A stretch of DNA of 32,000 nucleotides from Wigglesworthia glossinidia endosymbiont of Glossina morsitans morsitans (Yale colony). Lineage in GTDB: Bacteria; Pseudomonadota; Gammaproteobacteria; Enterobacterales; Enterobacteriaceae. Below, piece by piece: positions 10,533-18,628 of this stretch (position 1 is its first letter; each line of letters starts with the position of its first letter). The translations under genes and the position numbers were made by a program. The DNA is taken from contig NC_016893.1 of the NCBI RefSeq assembly GCF_000247565.1, positions 660,001 through 692,000 of the forward strand, given 5' to 3'. The notes under the pieces were generated by a model. It searched no databases. It was not told the DNA's origin and worked only from the letters and a program-made list of their open reading frames with translations.

Positions 10533-10776
10533 TTTATTAAGTAAACTTTCATATTTTTATTAACTTATTAATAAACGAATGAAATCTTTTATTTTAAATT
10601 GTTATAATTTTATAAAATAGATCGTGTATAATCTAGTAAATTATAGTATATATTTTTTTATAATCAAGTATTATATGTTTTATATACATAAGTTCATTTT
10701 AATATTATTTTAAATAATTCAATTTATTTACATGATATGATCAATTTTTTCGATATTCACTATAGTAAATATTAAA

Positions 10777-11679
10777 ATGACTAATTTTTTGATTTCTTTA
10801 AAAGAATGTCAAACACATATTAATAAAATATTAAAAAAATATTTATATTGTTTTTCTAAAAATAAAACTCAACTTACTTTAGCTATGGAATATGGATTAT
10901 GCAATGGAGGTAAAAGATTAAGAGCATTTTTAGTTTATCAAGTAGGAGCACTATTTAAAATTCCTAAAAAAAATTTAGATAATATTGCCGCTGCAATTGA
11001 ATGCATACATGCATATTCTTTAATTCATGATGATTTACCGGCGATGGATAATGGAGATTTACGTCGAGGATTACCTTCCTGTCATGTAAAATATGGAGAA
11101 TATTTAGCGATTTTAGCTGGAGATGCACTTCAAACTTTAGCATTTCATATATTATCTAGTATTGATATGCCGGACGTATCTCTTTTAAAGAGAATAAAAA
11201 TTATATCTATTTTAGCAAATGCAATTGGCGGAAATGGCATGTGCTTAGGGCAATCGTTAGATTTAGAAACACAAGGTTTGCCGATATCTATAAAAAAATT
11301 AAAAACAATACATAAAAATAAAACTGGTGCATTAATTTATGCAGCACTCAACATGACAATTTTAGCCGGGAATATATGTGATAAAAAAATTACTTATGAT
11401 CTCAAAAAATATGCTCAATTAATAGGTTTAGCGTTTCAAATACAAGATGATATTTTGAATATCATTGGTACCGCTCAAAAAACTGGAAAACGTCAAGGAT
11501 CGGATAAAAAATCACATAAAAACACTTATTCAAGTCTATTAGGTTTAAAAAAAGCCCAAAAAAAAGCACTAAATTTATATAAACAAGCCTTAATTACTTT
11601 AGAATATATGAATAAATTAGGTTATAATACTAAATCATTAATAGCATTAGCGCACTATTTTATAATACGCGATCAATGA
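10777..11679 (+). CDS. ispA: Farnesyl diphosphate synthase
   Basis: 300 aa with the first Asp-rich motif IHDDLPAMDNGDLRRG and the second FQIQDDILN. GGKRLR, KTGAL and the rest are collinear with E. coli IspA. It lies directly upstream of dxs, as in E. coli. Confidence 0.95.
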   Translation: MTNFLISLKECQTHINKILKKYLYCFSKNKTQLTLAMEYGLCNGGKRLRAFLVYQVGALFKIPKKNLDNIAAAIECIHAYSLIHDDLPAMDNGDLRRGLPSCHVKYGEYLAILAGDALQTLAFHILSSIDMPDVSLLKRIKIISILANAIGGNGMCLGQSLDLETQGLPISIKKLKTIHKNKTGALIYAALNMTILAGNICDKKITYDLKKYAQLIGLAFQIQDDILNIIGTAQKTGKRQGSDKKSHKNTYSSLLGLKKAQKKALNLYKQALITLEYMNKLGYNTKSLIALAHYFIIRDQ

Positions 11680-11697
11680 TCAAGAATATGTTATACT

Positions 11698-13581
11698 ATG
11701 AATAGTACAGTAAATATGAATAACATTAAATATTCAATTTTAAAAAAAATCAATAATCCTAAATCATTAAGAAAATTACCACAAAAAAAACTAAAATTTC
11801 TATGTCAGGAGCTCAGAGATTTTTTGCTTGACAGTGTAAGCTATTCTAGTGGTCATTTTGCTTCAGGTTTAGGAGTCATCGAACTTACAGTAGCGCTACA
11901 TTATGTTTATAATACTCCAATAGATTATTTGATTTGGGACGTCGGGCACCAAGCTTATCCTCATAAAATTATAACTGGTCGTAGAGATCAAATTACAAGT
12001 ATTCGAAAAAAAAATGGATTACATCCTTTTCCATTTCGAGAAGAAAGCAAATACGATGTATTATCTGTTGGACATTCTTCTACATCAATTAGTGCTGGAT
12101 TGGGAATTGCGGTTACCGCAGAAAAAGAAAATAAAAATCGACATGTAGTATGCGTAATTGGAGACGGGGCAATCACTGCGGGTATGGCATTTGAAGCTAT
12201 GAATCATGCAGGAGATATTAGATCTAATTTATTAATTATTTTGAATGATAATTCAATGTCGATTTCAGAAAATGTGGGAGCATTGCATAAACAAAACTCG
12301 AATTATTTTTTAACTAATAATATCTTATCTATATTAAAAAAAAATAGTCAAAAAATTTTTAACAAAATTCCTAAATTTAAGCAATTCATAAAAAAAATAG
12401 GGTTAAATTTAAACAAAATTTTTTCTAATGAAACGTTATTTGAAAAATTAGGATTTAAATATTTTGGTCCTTATGATGGACATAACATAACATCATTAAT
12501 AACTATATTAAAAAAATTACGTGTCACTCATGGACCTAAGTTGTTACATATTCTGACACAAAAAGGAAAAGGATATGCTCCTGCAGAAAAAGATCCAATT
12601 AGATGGCATGCCGTACCAAAGTTTAATTTGAAAATTGGCATACCTCCGAACAAAAATAATTCTATACAAACTTATTCTACAATTTTTGGAAATTGGCTTT
12701 GTGATACAGCAAAAAAAGACAAAAAATTAATTGCTATCACCCCGGCTATGAAAGAAGGGTCTGGGTTAGTAAAATTTTCTAAAAAATATCCCCATCAATA
12801 TTTTGATGTTGCTATTGCTGAACAACACGCAGTCACTTTTGCCGCAGGATTAGCAATTGGTGGATATAAACCTATTGTTGCTATTTATTCTACATTTTTA
12901 CAAAGAGCTTATGATCAAATTATTCATGATGTTGCTATTCAAAATTTATCAGTATTGTTTGCTATTGATCGCGCAGGAATAGTTGGTCCTGATGGACCCA
13001 CACATCAAGGTGCGTTAGACTTATCTTATTTACGCTGTATTCCAAATATGATTATTATGACTCCTAGTGATGAAAATGAATGTCGTTTAATGTTATATAC
13101 AGGTTACCATCAATCTGGGCCTACTGCAGTAAGGTATCCAAAAGGATGTGGAATAGGAGTGAAGTTTACAAAACTTTATCATATTCCTGTAGGCAAAGGA
13201 GTAATTTTAAGAAAAGGAAAAAATATAGCAATATTAAATTTTGGTACATTATTAGTTCAAGCAAATACTGTTGCTCATGAATTAGATGCTACTTTGATAG
13301 ATATGCGATTCGTTAAACCTATCGATAAAATACTTTTAAAGAAAGTAGCGATCAATCATCAAGCTTTAATTACTCTAGAAGAAAACGTTATCATGGGAGG
13401 AGCAGGTAGTGCGGTAAACGAATTTTTAATGTACCAAAAAATACTGATTCCTGTTTTAAACATTGGCTTGCCAGATTATTTCATATCGCAAGGTAGCCAG
13501 CAAGAAATAAGATCATCTCTAGGACTAGATAGCCAAGGTATTAGAAAAAAAATAGAAAATTGGTTAAACCAAAATTTTTAA
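11698..13581 (+). CDS. dxs: 1-deoxy-D-xylulose-5-phosphate synthase
   Basis: 627 aa, near-collinear with E. coli Dxs ([71 protein letters not shown]). An alternative ATG at 11716 is possible. Confidence 0.97.
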   Translation: MNSTVNMNNIKYSILKKINNPKSLRKLPQKKLKFLCQELRDFLLDSVSYSSGHFASGLGVIELTVALHYVYNTPIDYLIWDVGHQAYPHKIITGRRDQITSIRKKNGLHPFPFREESKYDVLSVGHSSTSISAGLGIAVTAEKENKNRHVVCVIGDGAITAGMAFEAMNHAGDIRSNLLIILNDNSMSISENVGALHKQNSNYFLTNNILSILKKNSQKIFNKIPKFKQFIKKIGLNLNKIFSNETLFEKLGFKYFGPYDGHNITSLITILKKLRVTHGPKLLHILTQKGKGYAPAEKDPIRWHAVPKFNLKIGIPPNKNNSIQTYSTIFGNWLCDTAKKDKKLIAITPAMKEGSGLVKFSKKYPHQYFDVAIAEQHAVTFAAGLAIGGYKPIVAIYSTFLQRAYDQIIHDVAIQNLSVLFAIDRAGIVGPDGPTHQGALDLSYLRCIPNMIIMTPSDENECRLMLYTGYHQSGPTAVRYPKGCGIGVKFTKLYHIPVGKGVILRKGKNIAILNFGTLLVQANTVAHELDATLIDMRFVKPIDKILLKKVAINHQALITLEENVIMGGAGSAVNEFLMYQKILIPVLNIGLPDYFISQGSQQEIRSSLGLDSQGIRKKIENWLNQNF

Positions 13582-13602
13582 AAATCTTTGAATTTTTTTT
13601 AT

Positions 13603-14970
13603 CTAACGTAATAAAAGAAAAATTTTTGTATCTCCTCGGACAATATTCAAAGCAATAACTGCAGGCTTTTGATCTAAAGATTTTTTGAGTTGATCGATGT
13701 TTTGTATTCTTTCTCGATTTAAACCAATTATTACGTCATTTTTTTGTAATCCTATTGAAAATGCAGGAGAATCTTTTACAACATCTTCTACTTTAACTCC
13801 TAAAGTACCATCTTTTAAAGATCCGTTTGTCAATGATACCCCTTGTAATGCAGGAATTAAAATTTCTTCGCTAGTCAAATTTGATTTATCGTCTAAAATT
13901 ACAGAAATATTCTTTAAATTACCATTACGTAATATCCCCAGAACAATTGTTTTTCCAGGTGCAGTGATGCCTACTTTTACGCGTAATTCAGCAAAACTTT
14001 TGATAGATTTTCCATCAATAGATATAATAATATCTCCTGCTTTTATACCTGATTTATATGCTGCAGAATTTGGTATCACTTCACTCACAAATGCTCCACG
14101 CTGTGCATTTATGTTAAACGCTTTAGCAATATCTGCGGTTAGTTCGGTGCCTTTTATGCCTAATTGTCCACGTTTTACTTCTCCGTGTTGAATAATTTGA
14201 TTACATAAATTTTTTACAATATTACTAGGAATCGCAAATCCAATTCCAACGTTTCCACCTCCAGGAGCAAGAATAGCTGTATTAATTCCTATTAATTCGC
14301 CATTTAAATTTAATAAAGCACCTCCAGAATTTCCACGATTAATTGAAGCATCGGTTTGAATAAAATTTTCTAATCCTTCTAAATTTAATCCACTTCTACC
14401 TAAAGCAGATACAATACCTGAAGTTACAGTTTGTCCTAATCCGAAAGGGTTTCCTACAGCAATAGCAAAATCTCCTACTCTTAATAAGTCTGAATCAGAA
14501 ATGATTACTTCAATGAGATCTTTAGGTGCAGGAATTTGTAACAACGCGAGATCTGTTTGATCATCTTTACCTATTAATTTAGCAAAAAATTCTCTTCCAT
14601 CGTTTAATTGAATTTTAATTTTATTTGCACCATTAATTACATGATGATTAGTAATAATATACCCTTTTTGAGCATCAATAATCACTCCTGATCCTAATCC
14701 TTCAAATGGACGTATTCCATTATTACCAAAAGGTAAATCCGGTCCAAAAAAATATTTGAATTCTTTTGGTAAAACAAAACGTTTTACCGCTTGGGTGCCT
14801 TCTACATGTACACTAACAACTGAAGGTAAAACTTTTGTTAACATAGGTGCTAAACTAGGCATCAGCTGATTTTTTGAATTTTCTTCAGAAAAAAAAGCTA
14901 GTGTATTGGTATATGGTATAAAATTTATACTAATTATAGTTAAGAGCTTAAGTAAAAAACTGATTTTCAT
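13603..14970 (-). CDS. degQ: Periplasmic HtrA-family (Do) serine endoprotease, DegQ/DegP type
   Basis: 455 aa with an N-terminal signal peptide and the catalytic triad contexts TNHHVI, DLALLQI and GNSGGALLN, followed by two PDZ-like regions. It neighbours yhcB-zapE-rplM-rpsI, as degQ does in E. coli, and its length matches my recollection of DegQ. Choosing DegQ over DegP rests on synteny and length only. Confidence 0.9.
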   Translation of the reverse strand: MKISFLLKLLTIISINFIPYTNTLAFFSEENSKNQLMPSLAPMLTKVLPSVVSVHVEGTQAVKRFVLPKEFKYFFGPDLPFGNNGIRPFEGLGSGVIIDAQKGYIITNHHVINGANKIKIQLNDGREFFAKLIGKDDQTDLALLQIPAPKDLIEVIISDSDLLRVGDFAIAVGNPFGLGQTVTSGIVSALGRSGLNLEGLENFIQTDASINRGNSGGALLNLNGELIGINTAILAPGGGNVGIGFAIPSNIVKNLCNQIIQHGEVKRGQLGIKGTELTADIAKAFNINAQRGAFVSEVIPNSAAYKSGIKAGDIIISIDGKSIKSFAELRVKVGITAPGKTIVLGILRNGNLKNISVILDDKSNLTSEEILIPALQGVSLTNGSLKDGTLGVKVEDVVKDSPAFSIGLQKNDVIIGLNRERIQNIDQLKKSLDQKPAVIALNIVRGDTKIFLLLR

Positions 14971-15067
14971 TTTAGTTCGCTTTTGTTTATTTTAATATTA
15001 GTTTATATTCATTTTTTGTGATCTTTAATATTAAGATAAAATTAAATAAAATATTTAAAATCATCAT

Positions 15068-15460
15068 TTATTTTTTTTTTATTATTATATTATCATTTTG
15101 TTGCATCGGATAATCTCTAGGTTGTATTTTACCAGACGATAATTCGTAATTATATAAAGTTTTTAACACATCATCTGATGAATTAAACTTTTTTTGTTTT
15201 TTTAGAAGCAAATTTTTTGCACTTTTTAAAGTATACTGATGTAGATTATGATGATCTTTTATCAAATTTTCTAATAATTTTATGCTATTTAAAAAATACT
15301 GTTGCAATTCCATTTGATGATTTATTAACTCTTCTCGATGTTTATCTAGATTTTTTTTGAATTTATTTTTATTACATATATTTTTATTACCATATTTTAT
15401 GAGAAAAAAACTAACGATCATTCCTAAAATAAATCCGAATATAATATATAGTGATAGCAT
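15068..15460 (-). CDS. yhcB: Inner-membrane DUF1043 protein YhcB (ZapG)
   Basis: 130 aa with a single N-terminal TM helix and a coiled-coil region. The C-terminal PRDY motif is shared with E. coli YhcB. It sits next to zapE and degQ. A strong AGGAGG lies just upstream of the ATG. Confidence 0.85.
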   Translation of the reverse strand: MLSLYIIFGFILGMIVSFFLIKYGNKNICNKNKFKKNLDKHREELINHQMELQQYFLNSIKLLENLIKDHHNLHQYTLKSAKNLLLKKQKKFNSSDDVLKTLYNYELSSGKIQPRDYPMQQNDNIIIKKK

Positions 15461-15464
15461 ATTT

Positions 15465-15470
15465 CCTCCT
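15465..15470 (-). promoter_or_regulatory. Shine-Dalgarno sequence of yhcB (AGGAGG)
   Basis: The reverse complement reads AGGAGGAAAT-ATG. This is the strongest SD-like element seen in the window. Confidence 0.6.
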
Positions 15471-15582
15471 GTGATTTTTAAAAAAAATACTATTTCAATA
15501 GTAACATCATATGAACATGCAAAATTATATTTATTATGATAAATTATGTTATAAAAGAACTACTTTATCATTATTTAAATTC

Positions 15583-15587
15583 AGGAA
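15583..15587 (+). promoter_or_regulatory. Shine-Dalgarno-like AGGAA upstream of the proposed zapE start
   Basis: The sequence tcAGGAAtatcATG places an ATG at 15592, the start that best aligns with the E. coli ZapE N-terminus. Confidence 0.45.
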
Positions 15588-15591
15588 TATC

Positions 15592-16699
15592 ATGCTTACA
15601 AATTCTTTATTCATAATATATCGCAATATAGTTCGTAAAAAAAATTATCATTTAGATAAATCCCAATATGATGTAATTTTACATTTAGATCAAATTTATA
15701 AAACTTTTATGCCAAAAAATAATAATTTAAAAAACAGTAGTATTATGTTTTTCAAAAGAGTTTTATTTAAATTATTTAATAAAAAAAAAACTACACAATT
15801 TATATATCTGGGGTGGTGTAGGAAGAGGGAAAACCTGGTTGATGAATTTATTTTACCAATCAGTACCAACTAATAGAAAAATGAGAATTCATTTTCATGA
15901 ATTTATGATAAAAATACATAAAGATATGTATATACTGCAAGGAAAAAAAAATCCATTAAAAATTGTAGCAAAAAATTTCAAAAATAAAGTAGACATTATA
16001 TGTTTTGATGAATTTTTTATTTCAGACATTGCAGATGCAATGCTACTAGGAAATTTAATTAAATACTTTTTAAAAGTAAACATATTATTAATCATAACAT
16101 CAAATTTTCCACCATGTGATTTATACAAAGATGGTTTGCAAAGATCACAATTTTTACCAACTATTGAATTAATTTACAAATATTATACTATACTAAATCT
16201 GGATTCTGGAGTAGATTATCGTTTGTTAAATGTGCATATTTCTAAATTTTGGTTATATCCGATTAATGAAAAGAATATAAATAAAATGAAAAAACTTTTT
16301 TTTAAATTTATTGGAAATAAAAATAATTTTAAAAAAAATGTAAATATTGAAATTAATCATAGAAAAATTAAAACTTTATGGTTATCAAATAAAATATCAG
16401 CATTTAATTTTAAAGATCTATGCATATCATCTTGCAGTCAAAATGATTATATTGTAATTGCGCAAAAATTTGCTATTATTTTTCTATATAACGTAATTCA
16501 AATTGATAATAGTCAGGAAGATGTTGGCAAAAGATTTTTATTTTTAATAGATGCATTATATGCAAATCGAGTGAAATTAATTACTATATCATCTGTATGC
16601 ATATCACAAATATATAATGGTGATTTATTAAAATTTGAATATAATAGATGTATTTCAAGACTGTATGAAATGCAAAGCGAAAAATATTTTGTGCTTTAA
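15592..16699 (+). pseudogene. zapE: Cell-division AAA+ ATPase ZapE (YhcM), interrupted by a 1-nt frameshift in an A10 tract; may still be expressed through slippage
   Basis: Two ORFs (15511..15873 and 15839..16699) together cover E. coli ZapE. The N-part ends ...FNKKKTTQF. The second frame is open from 15731 and reads KKKLHNLYIWGGVGRGKTWLMNLFYQSVP, matching E. coli RGLYMWGGVGRGKTWLMDLFYQSLP. Walker A (GGVGRGKT) and Walker B (ICFDEFFISD) are intact downstream. Removing one A from the tract at 15781-15790 gives one continuous reading frame of about 368 aa. Confidence 0.88.
15781..15790 (+). repeat. Poly(A)10 homopolymer at the zapE frameshift site
   Basis: Ten consecutive A (t at 15780, c at 15791). 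The frame changes across this tract. Confidence 0.95.
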
Positions 16700-16832
16700 T
16701 ATGCACATAATAAAAAGTTCGACTTTAATAAAAAATTTATTTATAATTCAAATTTCAATTAAAAAAATTTGATTAACTTTTTAAACGTTTATAACAAAAA
16801 TATATTTAAAATTAAGTAAAGAAAATATTAAT

Positions 16833-17258
16833 ATGCAAACATTTATGATGAAAAAAAATCTTATATTAAGTTCTTGGCATTTATATAATGTAGAAAATAA
16901 GATTTTAGGAAGATGTTCAACTAAACTCGCTCAAATTTTAAAAGGAAAATATAATATAAAATATACACCTCACTTGGATATGGGCGATTATATTGTAGTT
17001 ATTAACGCTAAAAAAATTAAAGTTAGCGGTAAAAAACTAAAAAATAAATTTTATTATCATCATACTGGATACCATGGAGGAATAAAAAAAATAACTTTAG
17101 AACATATGTTAGAAAAAAATCCAGAAAAAGTTCTTTATTATGCAGTCAAGGGCATGCTTCCGAAAGGACCTCTTGGAAAACTTATGTTAAAAAAATTAAA
17201 AATATTTTCTGGAAAACACCATAATCATTTTGCACAAAAACCTAAAATTTTAAATTAA
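16833..17258 (+). CDS. rplM: 50S ribosomal protein L13
   Basis: 141 aa collinear with E. coli L13 (YTPHLDMGDYIVVINA, YYHHTGY.GGIK, AVKGMLPKGPLG). Confidence 0.97.
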   Translation: MQTFMMKKNLILSSWHLYNVENKILGRCSTKLAQILKGKYNIKYTPHLDMGDYIVVINAKKIKVSGKKLKNKFYYHHTGYHGGIKKITLEHMLEKNPEKVLYYAVKGMLPKGPLGKLMLKKLKIFSGKHHNHFAQKPKILN

Positions 17259-17275
17259 TCGGATAAATACTATTT

Positions 17276-17665
17276 ATGCACAATAAATACTACGGAACTG
17301 GTAGAAGAAAAACAGCATCCGCAAGAATATTTATGACACAGGGAAATGGAAAATTTACAATTAATCATATTGATATAAAAAAGTATTTTAAACAAGAAAC
17401 ATTACAAAAAATAATACATCAACCAATATCATTAATTGATATGGAAAAAAAATTAAATTTTTACATTACTGTGAAAGGTGGAGGAATATCTGGTCAAGCC
17501 GGAGCTATTCGACATGGAATTGCACGTGCTTTAGTGCAATATAATATACAATTAAGATCTATTTTGAGAAAAGCAGGTTTTATTACTCGAGACTCTCGTT
17601 GTGTTGAAAGAAAAAAAGTAGGTTTAAAAAAATCTAGACGTCGTCCTCAATTTTCTAAACGTTAA
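17276..17665 (+). CDS. rpsI: 30S ribosomal protein S9
   Basis: 129 aa collinear with E. coli S9 ([47 protein letters not shown]). It lies 17 nt after rplM, consistent with an operon. Confidence 0.97.
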   Translation: MHNKYYGTGRRKTASARIFMTQGNGKFTINHIDIKKYFKQETLQKIIHQPISLIDMEKKLNFYITVKGGGISGQAGAIRHGIARALVQYNIQLRSILRKAGFITRDSRCVERKKVGLKKSRRRPQFSKR

Positions 17666-17935
17666 AATAAAAATATTTTAAAATTAAATTAATATGATCT
17701 GTTTTATTTATGAACATAATACACGCATTTATTATTTAAGAATATTTTAATCAGAGCACATGACAAATTTTATTTTAATTGTTATATAAATTATTTTGCA
17801 AAAAAAATTTATACATATCTATACAATTTTAATATTGTAAAAAATAATTTTTTCAATCCAAATAAAATTTGGACACTTTTAATGTCATATATTGTATAAA
17901 AAAATTTTTTTATTTTTCATTAAATCAGCACTATA

Positions 17936-18409
17936 ATGCAACCAAATAAAAATAATATGCATGATATCAAGTGGATGTCACATGCAATCTTTTTAGCGCA
18001 TCAAGCAAGTAATATGCAAGAAGTACCGATTGGATCCGTAGTAGTGTTGAACAATAAAATAATTGGAGAAGGATGGAATCAATCAATTTCTAGACAAGAT
18101 CCTAGCGCACACGCCGAAATTATTGCACTACGTCAGGCAGCAAAATATATGTCAAATTATCGACTAATAAATGCAGAAATATATACAACTATTGAGCCAT
18201 GCATCATGTGTATTGGAGCTATCATAAATGCTCGTATAGATCGTTTAATATTTGGTGCTAGAAAAAAAAATAGAAAAAATTTATTTATTGAAAAATTATT
18301 AAACAGTAATGAATCAAATCATCATTTTGTATTAACAGAAGGAGTTTTAGCAAAAGAATGCTCCGAAGCCATGCATAATTTTTTTTATTGTCGTCGCATT
18401 AAATATTAA
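17936..18409 (+). CDS. tadA: tRNA-specific adenosine-34 deaminase
   Basis: 157 aa with the CDA-fold zinc motifs HAEIIALR and EPCIMCIGA. VIGEGWN aligns with E. coli TadA. Confidence 0.93.
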   Translation: MQPNKNNMHDIKWMSHAIFLAHQASNMQEVPIGSVVVLNNKIIGEGWNQSISRQDPSAHAEIIALRQAAKYMSNYRLINAEIYTTIEPCIMCIGAIINARIDRLIFGARKKNRKNLFIEKLLNSNESNHHFVLTEGVLAKECSEAMHNFFYCRRIKY

Positions 18410-18628
18410 AATATTTTAAAAAAATTAATTTATTTTTTTTAATCAAATATACTTTGATTTTTTAATTTTAAAATAATTAAAATTCATACTTGAATACATG
18501 CGAAAAATTAAATTGTACTTAAAATAATATTAAATTTTAATTTTTTTAAAATTAATAATTTTTAAAAAAGTTTATAAATCAAAATCGTTTTATCATGAAA
18601 CAATATATTCTATGAGGCATAGAAAATC

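Noticed and set aside
13697-14191. A 164-aa ORF antisense to the degQ protease/PDZ region
   Set aside because: It is a shadow ORF inside a well-supported gene. It has no independent start context and resembles no family I recognise.
17857-17873. Short perfect AT-rich palindromes or hairpins in spacers: tccaaat-aaa-atttgga (17857-17873), ttttcaat-tat-attgaaaa (26031-26049), atatatac-a-gtatatat (28499-28515) and attctagaat (28459-28468)
   Set aside because: Stems of 7-8 bp made almost only of A/T are expected by chance at this base composition. None is followed by a proper T-run or placed convincingly as a terminator or operator.
18579-18617. A PurR-box-like sequence (caaaatcgttttatc) and a 6-codon mini-ORF (ATG at 18595 to TGA at 18613-18615) whose stop overlaps the GAGG upstream of purL
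   Set aside because: The match to the PurR operator consensus (ACGCAAACGTTTTC-type) is poor when aligned on the CGTTTT core. Reduced symbionts generally lack purR. Tiny ORFs are expected by chance in AT-rich leaders.
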